The position numbers and the translations under genes are program-made. From an uncultured Erysipelotrichaceae bacterium (GTDB taxonomy: Bacteria > Bacillota_I > Bacilli_A > RFN20 > CAG-826), in contig ONFU01000009.1 of NCBI GenBank assembly GCA_900317165.1, positions 1 to 63,887 of the forward strand: 63,887 nucleotides of DNA, given 5' to 3'. Within the stretch, counting starts at the first letter, position 1. Each line of letters opens with the position of its first letter. Under the pieces are notes generated by a model. That model worked only from the letters and a program-made list of their open reading frames with translations. It was not told the DNA's origin and did not search any database. Of the stretch, positions 56,562-63,887 are shown in pieces.

Positions 56562-59500
56562 ATGGCAGATATCAATCTTACCCTAGAAGCGACTTCCGCG
56601 ATGGAAGAAGCGCCCCGTCGTCGTGAACCCCGTTCCTCCAATGGAAAAGAGACCTTCGACATCAACAACCTTTCGGCGGTCCAAGTCGGCTTAGCCTCCC
56701 CAGAAACCATCCGTTCCTGGTCCAAAGGCGAAGTCACCCGTGCCGAAACCATCAACTACCGTAGCCAAAAACCGGAAATGGGAGGTCTCTTCTGCGAAAA
56801 GATCTTCGGTCCGGCCAAAGACTATGAATGCCACTGCGGCAAATACAAAAAGATCAGATACCAAGGCATCACCTGCGAGAAGTGTGGCGTTGAGGTCATC
56901 TCCAAGGAATGGAGACGCGAGAGGATGGGCCATATCGAGCTCGTCTCCCCTTGCTCCCATATCTGGTACCTCAAATCCATCCCTTCCCGTATGGGTCTTA
57001 TCCTCGATATCTCCCCGAAGCAACTCGAGGAAGTCATCTATTTCGCCGCCCACATCGTCTTGAACAAAGGCAATGCGGACAAACTCAAATACAAACAGTA
57101 TATCTCCGAGGCCGTTGGCCGTGATGTTTTCCCGGGTGTCCTCCGCGATATCCTCGAAACCGGCACACCAGCCAAGGATACCCTCGATTACGAGCGCGCC
57201 GTCCACCTCATTGAGAGCTTGGAAAAGAAGAACGAGGCCGGTACCTATACCGAAGCCTACGACATCCTTTCCGTCACGAGCTTCATCAACAAATACACCG
57301 GAGCCGAATTCGGCCAGGGTGCCGCGGCCATCAAGAGGCTTCTCCACGAAGTCGATCTCGACAAGGAATTCAACGAACTCAAAGCCGAACTCCTCAAAGA
57401 GAGCGAGGACAAGACCTCGGCCCAGAAGAAGCTCAAAGACGCCAAACGCCTCGAGGTCATCTCCGCTTTCCGCGATTCCGGACAGAAACCGGAATGGATG
57501 GTCCTCGACGTCATCCCCGTCATCCCACCGGATCTCCGTCCGATGCTTCAACTCGACGGCGGACGTTTCGCCGCGAGCGACCTCAACGACCTCTATCGCC
57601 GTGTCATCTCCCGTAACACCCGTTTGAAGAAGCTCATCGACATGAAGGCCCCATACGTCATCATGATGAATGAGAAGCGTATGTTGCAGGAAGCCGTCGA
57701 CGCCCTCATCGATAACGGTCGCCGTACGAAGGCCATCACCGGTCCAAACGGCCGTCCGTTAAAGTCCCTATCCGCTGGATTAAAGGGCAAGCCCGGTCGT
57801 TTCCGTCAGAACCTCCTCGGCAAACGTGTCGACTATTCCGGACGTTCCGTCATCGCGGTCGGACCGGACCTAAAGATGTATCAATGCGGCATCCCAAGAG
57901 AGATGGCGATCCAACTTCTCCGTCCCTTCATCGCCGCGATCCTTATCAAGGAGCAGAAGGTCAACGCCCATAAGGCGGCCGATAAGATCATCGATCGTTA
58001 CGACCCAATCGTCTTCGATATCGTCGAACGCATCATCTCCGATCACCCCGTCCTCCTTAACCGTGCCCCAACCCTTCATAGGCTATCCATTCAGGCCTTC
58101 CAGCCAAAGCTCGTCGATGGCCGTGCGATCCGTTTGCACCCCCTCGTCTGCCCTGGCTTCAACGCCGACTTCGATGGTGACCAGATGGCCGTCCACGTCC
58201 CATTAGGGAAAGCGGCCCAACAGGAAGCCGTCAAATTGATGCTCGCCTCCAACAACATCCTTGGTCCTAAGGATGGTAAGGCCATCGTCGTTCCTGGACA
58301 GGATATGATCCTTGGCAACTGGCACCTCACCACCGAGGAAACCGCGGACGACTTCCTTGCCCGCGCCAAAGCTCTCCGTGCCATCGAGGAAACCGAGGAG
58401 AAGGACGGCACCGCCGCACTTGAACGTGCCGAAATCCTCCGCATGGCCGAAAAGGATGAGGAATTCGCCGCTAACGAAGCCAAGGTCTTCGCTAACGTCG
58501 ACGAAGTCTTCCTCGCCTATAACGCCAATGCCGTTTCCCTCCATTCCCGTATTGCTATCCCCGCCTCCAAAATCCATAAGGACGAAGGCAAGGGTATGCC
58601 AAGGGGCGTGATGGGCAAATACCTCATCACCACCGTCGGTAAGATCATCTTCAATGAAGTCTTCCCAGACGACTTCCCCTATATCAACGACGCCATCAAG
58701 GGCGATTCCACCCTCACCCTTCTCGCCAAACTCAAAGGCGACTTCGTCTCCCCTGCCGATATCGAAGGCAAGGTGAAGGAAGAAGAGGGCAAATCCCCAC
58801 TTGCTTCCTATGTCGCTTCCCGTCCTTTGAAGAACGCTATCGGCAAGGTCTCCCTCGGCTTGCTCATCGACCTCCTTTTCAAGGAATATGGTACTTCCAA
58901 GACTTCCGCGGTCCTCGATAAGATCAAAGACCAAGGCTTCAAGTACTCGATGATCTCCGCGGTCACCGTCTCCATCAGCGACATCAAAGACGTCGACAAG
59001 AAGTACGACCTCGTCGCCGAAGGACAAGCCAAAGTCGATCAGATCGAAAGAGCCTATCGCCATGGCTTCCTCACCGTCGAAGAACGTCATAAGCAAATCG
59101 TCGCCATCTGGACCGATATCACCAATCGCGTCAAAGGCCTCGTCGCCAAACAGATGCAAAACGACAAGCGCAACCCGCTCGTCATCATGGCCGACTCCAA
59201 GTCCCGTGGCTCCGTCGATAACTTCAAGCAGCTCATCGGTATGAAAGGCCTTGTCGCTAACCCAAAGAACGAGGAAATCGAACTTCCGATCATCTCCTCT
59301 TACCTCGAAGGTATGAAGGTCAGCGAGTTCTTCATCAACACCCACGGTGCCCGTAAGGGTTCCGCAGATACCGCCCTTAAGACCGCGGACTCCGGTTATC
59401 TTACCAGGCGTCTAGTCGACGTCTCCCAGGATGTCGTCGTCCGTGAGGATGACTGCCATACCGACCATGGCTTCAAGGTCCGCGAAATCCGCGATACCTC

Positions 59501-60701
59501 CCAAGACACGGTCATCCGTTCCCTCCAAGAACGTATCATCGGCCGTTATTCCATGCGCGACGTCGTCAATTCCGACGGCATCGTCCTCGTCAGGGCCAAT
59601 GAGCTCATCACCGAGGACATCGCCGAAGCGATCGTCAACGCGGGCATCAAGGAAGTCGAGATCCGTTCCGTCTTCACCTGCCAAACCAAAGATGGCGTCT
59701 GCCGTCATTGCTATGGTCTTAACATGGCGACTGGTCAACTCGTCGAAAAAGGCGAGGCGGTCGGTATCATGGCCGCCCAATCCATCGGCGAACCTGGTAC
59801 CCAGCTCACCATGCGAGTCTTCCATACTGGTGGTATGGCCGGTACCGACATCACCCAGGGTCTTCCCCGTGTCCAAGAGCTCGTCGAAGCCCGTAACCCG
59901 AAAGGCGAGGCCCTTATCTCCAAGATCGATGGCTATGTCTATAGCGTCGAACCGAAGAACGAATGCTACACGGTCGTCATCCGTAAATATCGTAACGGTG
60001 ACCCAACCGACAATTCTCCGGAGAACATCCTCGACGAGAAGACGGAAGAAACCCCATACGGTGCCCGTCTCCGCATCTCCGCGAAGGTCGATCCCGCGCA
60101 TCCTCAGCACGTTGAAGCCGGCGCGAAGATCACCGAAGGCGCCATCTCGCCAAAGACCCTCCTTAGCTATGCGGGTGTCGAGAAACTCGAGATCTACATG
60201 ATCAAGGAAATCCAGAAGGTCTATCACTCTCAGGGTATCGGCATTTCCGATAAGCACCTTGAGATCATCATCCGTCAGATGCTCCGCAAGGTGCAGATCA
60301 ACGATGGTGGCGATACCTCCTTGCTCCCTGGCACGAGGGTCTCGGTCGCGAAATTCACCGAAGAGAACGCGAAAGCCCTTCTCGAAGGCAAGCGCCCGGC
60401 CGTCTGCAGCCCACTCGTCCTCGGCATCACCAAAGCCGCCCTCGAAACCGAATCCTTCCTCTCCGCCGCCTCCTTCCAGGAGACGACCCGCGTCCTCACC
60501 GACGCCGCCATCAAAGCCAAGAAGGACTACCTCCATGGCTTGAAGGAAAACGTCATCACGGGCAAACTCATCCCAGCTGGCACTGGCTTACGCACCCCTG
60601 AAGAAGAGGAAGAGGCCCTTGCCGGATTCACCGTCGCCTCCGCGATGGATGAGGTCAAGGACAAATACATCGAGAAGCATGACCGTCGTCATCACGCCTA
60701 A
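56562..60701 (+). CDS. rpoC: DNA-directed RNA polymerase subunit beta'
   Basis: 1379 aa, zinc motif CHCGKYKK...CEKCG, catalytic NADFDGDQMAVH. Confidence 0.98.
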   Translation: MADINLTLEATSAMEEAPRRREPRSSNGKETFDINNLSAVQVGLASPETIRSWSKGEVTRAETINYRSQKPEMGGLFCEKIFGPAKDYECHCGKYKKIRYQGITCEKCGVEVISKEWRRERMGHIELVSPCSHIWYLKSIPSRMGLILDISPKQLEEVIYFAAHIVLNKGNADKLKYKQYISEAVGRDVFPGVLRDILETGTPAKDTLDYERAVHLIESLEKKNEAGTYTEAYDILSVTSFINKYTGAEFGQGAAAIKRLLHEVDLDKEFNELKAELLKESEDKTSAQKKLKDAKRLEVISAFRDSGQKPEWMVLDVIPVIPPDLRPMLQLDGGRFAASDLNDLYRRVISRNTRLKKLIDMKAPYVIMMNEKRMLQEAVDALIDNGRRTKAITGPNGRPLKSLSAGLKGKPGRFRQNLLGKRVDYSGRSVIAVGPDLKMYQCGIPREMAIQLLRPFIAAILIKEQKVNAHKAADKIIDRYDPIVFDIVERIISDHPVLLNRAPTLHRLSIQAFQPKLVDGRAIRLHPLVCPGFNADFDGDQMAVHVPLGKAAQQEAVKLMLASNNILGPKDGKAIVVPGQDMILGNWHLTTEETADDFLARAKALRAIEETEEKDGTAALERAEILRMAEKDEEFAANEAKVFANVDEVFLAYNANAVSLHSRIAIPASKIHKDEGKGMPRGVMGKYLITTVGKIIFNEVFPDDFPYINDAIKGDSTLTLLAKLKGDFVSPADIEGKVKEEEGKSPLASYVASRPLKNAIGKVSLGLLIDLLFKEYGTSKTSAVLDKIKDQGFKYSMISAVTVSISDIKDVDKKYDLVAEGQAKVDQIERAYRHGFLTVEERHKQIVAIWTDITNRVKGLVAKQMQNDKRNPLVIMADSKSRGSVDNFKQLIGMKGLVANPKNEEIELPIISSYLEGMKVSEFFINTHGARKGSADTALKTADSGYLTRRLVDVSQDVVVREDDCHTDHGFKVREIRDTSQDTVIRSLQERIIGRYSMRDVVNSDGIVLVRANELITEDIAEAIVNAGIKEVEIRSVFTCQTKDGVCRHCYGLNMATGQLVEKGEAVGIMAAQSIGEPGTQLTMRVFHTGGMAGTDITQGLPRVQELVEARNPKGEALISKIDGYVYSVEPKNECYTVVIRKYRNGDPTDNSPENILDEKTEETPYGARLRISAKVDPAHPQHVEAGAKITEGAISPKTLLSYAGVEKLEIYMIKEIQKVYHSQGIGISDKHLEIIIRQMLRKVQINDGGDTSLLPGTRVSVAKFTEENAKALLEGKRPAVCSPLVLGITKAALETESFLSAASFQETTRVLTDAAIKAKKDYLHGLKENVITGKLIPAGTGLRTPEEEEEALAGFTVASAMDEVKDKYIEKHDRRHHA

Positions 60702-60727
60702 TCTTCTCGTTAATTGACCTATTTATT

Positions 60728-60758
60728 GGGGCAATCCATCCGGGTTGCCCCTTTAATT
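60728..60758 (+). terminator. Intrinsic terminator after rpoC
   Basis: GGGGCAA (60728-60734) pairs with TTGCCCC (60745-60751), followed by TTTAATTT. Confidence 0.7.
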
Positions 60759-60780
60759 TGCCTTCCTTTTAAGGGAAAAT

Positions 60781-62322
60781 ATGACCGTTATGCGAAAGAA
60801 TGCCGTTTTTATAATCTCGCTTCTAGGACTCGCCCTCCCTTCCTGCGCGAATCCTATTTATAGGGATTATGTTTATTCCCCCTTGAATAGCGATCCTTTC
60901 GTCGAGATCCAAAAAGACGGTTTTTACAGGATTGGGGATTACGATTCCTATGAATCGAACGGCCATAAGATAAATATGGATTTTTCCTCCATTTACCAAC
61001 TAGGTAACGTAAGGTTCAATATGCCGACCGTTGGTGAAGTGCCATTGCTAGTCATCCCCATCGATTTTGAGGATTCGGTAGGGAATATTTCCTCCATCAA
61101 GAACATCGAATCCGCCTTTAAAGGGGATAATGGCACCAACCAATACGTCTCGGTCGCCGAATATTACGACCGTTGTTCAATGGGAAGACTTCATCTTCTC
61201 CCCCATGTGACGGATAGGTTCTTCCGTTCATCGACCTATCCAAAGAAAAGCGACCTTGCCTCCTTGACGGGCTCAGGGGCCGTTTCGACTTTGACGCGTC
61301 TATATAACGAGGCTTTGGCCTGGTTTGGTGAGACCTATCCTTCGATACCGTTGGACGATTATTCCTTCTTGGCCAAGAACGGAAGCAAAAAGATTCCGCT
61401 CTATTTCATCTATAACGCCCCATATTCCGGGGAAGCGGATGGAAGTAGCAACCGCGATTCGATGTTTTGGGCCTTCACAATCAATTCCCCTGCCCCAATC
61501 TCCTGGAGCAGCATCGACATGATGCACCTTTCCTCCAACAAGGTGGACGCGCATACGTATATCCATGAAACGGGCCATCTGCTTGGACTAGAGGATTATT
61601 ACGATACCTTCTCCACGAGTATCCTTTCCAAAGTCTCCCCCTTAGGGAGGATGGACATGATGGATTGCTCTTTGGGAGACCAAAACGCCTTTTCGAAGAT
61701 GCTCCTTGGCTGGGAAAGGCCCTTTGTCCCAACCTCTGATTGCGATATCACCATCCATCAGTCCTCCTTGAATAACGAATGCATCCTCCTTTCCCCTTCT
61801 TGGAACAAGACTTTGTTCGACCAATACGTCTTGCTCGAATTCTATACCCCGACCGGCTTAAACAAAGTCGATGCCCTCTATAGAAACGATCCTTCGATGA
61901 GGCTCATGAGGCGTCCTGGGGTCAAGGCCTATTTAATTAGGGGAAACCTAAAGCTTTATAACGGGAACGTCCAAACGGGCGAGTACCTCACCCCCAACAA
62001 TTACAATGGGGGCCGTCTATATTTTGGAAGGAACAACAATTCCAAGGATAACCCCCTTATCCAAACATTGAACAAATACGGGAATAAGGTCACTTTACCC
62101 GATTATTTCGTCGCTTCCGACCATGAGGAGGACGTTTCCTTCATCCAAAACGGGGAAGTGGTGTCCATCCATCTATCAGAATCCCTTTTCTTCCAAAACG
62201 AAGGCATCGACAATGAACATTTCTCCGATCTGAGGATAAACGGGAACAAACTCGGATGTTCCTTCAAGGTCTCAGAACTCACTTCCTCCTACGCGAAGAT
62301 AAAAATCACCTTCGATAAGTGA
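60781..62322 (+). CDS. Lipoprotein with an M6 (immune-inhibitor-A-like) HExxH zinc-metalloprotease motif
   Basis: Signal plus lipobox VFIISLLGLALPSCAN. YIHETGHLLGLEDYYD resembles the M6 active site. Confidence 0.7.
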   Translation: MTVMRKNAVFIISLLGLALPSCANPIYRDYVYSPLNSDPFVEIQKDGFYRIGDYDSYESNGHKINMDFSSIYQLGNVRFNMPTVGEVPLLVIPIDFEDSVGNISSIKNIESAFKGDNGTNQYVSVAEYYDRCSMGRLHLLPHVTDRFFRSSTYPKKSDLASLTGSGAVSTLTRLYNEALAWFGETYPSIPLDDYSFLAKNGSKKIPLYFIYNAPYSGEADGSSNRDSMFWAFTINSPAPISWSSIDMMHLSSNKVDAHTYIHETGHLLGLEDYYDTFSTSILSKVSPLGRMDMMDCSLGDQNAFSKMLLGWERPFVPTSDCDITIHQSSLNNECILLSPSWNKTLFDQYVLLEFYTPTGLNKVDALYRNDPSMRLMRRPGVKAYLIRGNLKLYNGNVQTGEYLTPNNYNGGRLYFGRNNNSKDNPLIQTLNKYGNKVTLPDYFVASDHEEDVSFIQNGEVVSIHLSESLFFQNEGIDNEHFSDLRINGNKLGCSFKVSELTSSYAKIKITFDK

Positions 62323-62378
62323 TAAACCCCATGTTTTTTGTTCAAGATAAAAATCTCTTAATATAATTAAAAATCTTG

Positions 62379-62407
62379 TTGACTTACCACATAGCCCCGC
62401 GTATCAT
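62379..62407 (+). promoter_or_regulatory. Candidate promoter of the str operon (rpsL-rpsG-fusA)
   Basis: TTGACT (62379-62384), 17-nt spacer, TATCAT (62402-62407). Confidence 0.6.
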
Positions 62408-62508
62408 CTCCCACGGACGAAAGATTACGGTTTTGTCCGTTTTATTTTCCCTGGGTGTTGATACACCGGGGAAAGTGTGTTCAAAAAAAGAAAGAAAGGA
62501 ACGAGAAA

Positions 62509-62928
62509 ATGCCAACAATTAACCAATTAGTCAGGCAAGGCCGCCACAGCGCGGTCAAGAAATCGAAGAGCCCGGCTCTCGGCAAAAGATGGAACTCCTT
62601 AACCAAGAAGAACCTCAATCAGGCCTCTTCCCAGAAGCGTGGTGTCTGCACCCGTGTCGGAACGATGACCCCGAAGAAACCGAACTCCGCTCTCCGTAAA
62701 TACGCCCGTGTCCGCTTAAGCAACGGCTACGAAGTCACCGCCTATATCGGTGGCGAAGGACACAACCTTCAGGAGCACTCCACCGTCATGATCCGTGGCG
62801 GCCGTGTCAAAGACCTCCCAGGTGTCCGTTACCACATCATCCGTGGCACCCTTGATTGCGCCGGTATCGAAGCCCGTCGCCAAGGCCGCTCCCTCTACGG
62901 CACCAAGAAGCCGAAGGAAGCCAAATAA
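62509..62928 (+). CDS. rpsL: 30S ribosomal protein S12
   Basis: [12 protein letters not shown] at ATG 62509. The track start at 62455 is an over-extension. Confidence 0.97.
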   Translation: MPTINQLVRQGRHSAVKKSKSPALGKRWNSLTKKNLNQASSQKRGVCTRVGTMTPKKPNSALRKYARVRLSNGYEVTAYIGGEGHNLQEHSTVMIRGGRVKDLPGVRYHIIRGTLDCAGIEARRQGRSLYGTKKPKEAK

Positions 62929-62946
62929 GGAAAGGAGAACTAGACA

Positions 62947-63417
62947 ATGCCAAGAAAAGGTTCAGTCGAGAAACGTGACGTCCTTCCCGATCCAGTTTAT
63001 AACTCAAAATTAGTCACCCGCCTCATCAACCGCGTCATGTACGATGGAAAGAGGGGCACCGCCCAGGCCATCATCTACAAGGCCTTCAAGAAGATCGAAG
63101 AGAAGACTGGCAAACCAGCGATCGACGTCTTCGCGACCGCCGTCGGAAACATCATGCCTGAGGTCGAACTCAAGGTCCGCCGTATCGGCGCCGCCAACTA
63201 TCAGGTCCCAGTCGAAGTTTCCCCAGAAAGGAAGCAGACCCTCGGACTCCGCTGGCTCGTCACCTATTCCCGTCTCCGCGGCGAGAAGACCATGGAAGAC
63301 AAGCTCGCTAACGAAATCATCGATGCCGCCAACGGCACCGGCGCTTCCATCAAGAAGAAGGAAGACGTCCACAAGATGGCCGAAGCCAACAAAGCTTACG
63401 CCCACTATCGTTGGTAA
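62947..63417 (+). CDS. rpsG: 30S ribosomal protein S7
   Basis: [28 protein letters not shown].... Confidence 0.97.
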   Translation: MPRKGSVEKRDVLPDPVYNSKLVTRLINRVMYDGKRGTAQAIIYKAFKKIEEKTGKPAIDVFATAVGNIMPEVELKVRRIGAANYQVPVEVSPERKQTLGLRWLVTYSRLRGEKTMEDKLANEIIDAANGTGASIKKKEDVHKMAEANKAYAHYRW

Positions 63418-63435
63418 TTCAGGAAGGAGTTTACC

Positions 63436-63887
63436 ATGGCTGATAACGAGTTAGAGATCAAAGAATCCGCAACTTACGACCTTCCCCATACCCGCAACAT
63501 CGGCATCATGGCCCATATCGACGCAGGTAAGACCACCACTAGCGAACGTATTCTCTATTACACTGGCCGCACCCACAAAATCGGCGAGGTCCACGAAGGG
63601 GCCGCGACGATGGACTGGATGGCTCAGGAACAGGAAAGAGGTATCACCATCACCTCTTCCGCGACTACCTGCTTCTGGAAGGGTCATCGCTTCAATATCA
63701 TCGACACTCCGGGGCACGTCGACTTCACCGTTGAGGTCGAGCGTTCCCTCCGCGTCCTTGATGGTGCGATTACGGTCCTCGACTCCAAAAACGGCGTCGA
63801 GCCCCAGACCGAAACCGTCTGGCGTCAGGGCACCAAGTATGGAGTTCCCCGTATCGTCTTCTGCAACAAGATGGACGCGACGGGCGC
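63436..63887 (+). CDS. fusA: Elongation factor G, N-terminal part (runs off the right edge)
   Basis: Not in the track because it is open to the edge. ATG at 63436 after [33 protein letters not shown]...DTPGHVDF...NKMD. Confidence 0.95.
   Translation, partial: MADNELEIKESATYDLPHTRNIGIMAHIDAGKTTTSERILYYTGRTHKIGEVHEGAATMDWMAQEQERGITITSSATTCFWKGHRFNIIDTPGHVDFTVEVERSLRVLDGAITVLDSKNGVEPQTETVWRQGTKYGVPRIVFCNKMDATG

Overview
The window looks like a Bacillota/Mycoplasmatota-type genome. It uses the standard genetic code (TGA acts as a stop, e.g. queA and rpmJ) and has Firmicutes-style gene order. No tRNA, rRNA, CRISPR array, transposase or integrase was recognised.

Gene content from left to right:
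- An edge-truncated Big_2 lipoprotein that is missing from the ORF track.
- A ~1.2 kb GC-rich stretch with no credible ORF.
- A small lipoprotein, a DUF2188 protein, GtrA, two T4-Pnk-like P-loop kinases, a DtxR-like repressor, glnA, two flavoprotein-like genes and a polytopic membrane protein.
- tgt-queA-queH.
- The complete S10-spc-alpha ribosomal superoperon, rpsJ to rplQ, including secY-adk-map-infA-rpmJ. It has no L30 gene, and rpoA and rplQ form one continuous ORF.
- A HAD hydrolase, then cysS-rlmB-sigH-like-rpmG-secE-nusG.
- A ~12.9 kb block that separates nusG from rplK. It holds a hypothetical gene, a metallophosphoesterase, an ArsR/SmtB regulator with a P1B-ATPase, eno, an AT-rich three-gene island, preTA and a MATE transporter.
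- rplKAJL, a YbxB-like methyltransferase and rpoBC.
- An M6-like lipoprotein, then rpsL-rpsG-fusA (fusA is partial).

Main findings:
1. Positions 2931-4153 form a self-contained unit from promoter to terminator. It is packed with GNRA-capped hairpins and repeated hairpin-AAGAAG modules that show compensatory stem changes. I read it as a candidate giant structured ncRNA and cannot assign it to a known family.
2. An AT-rich island at 42080-45277 is flanked by 11-bp direct repeats. It encodes a permuted papain-like (C92/YiiX-type) secreted protein, a catalytically degenerate ABC nucleotide-binding relic and an FtsX-type permease.
3. rpoA and rplQ are fused in frame.
4. Several genes have a -10 box about 6 nt before an ATG with no Shine-Dalgarno sequence (SD), which suggests leaderless mRNAs.
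5. Several ribosomal proteins carry charged low-complexity extensions.
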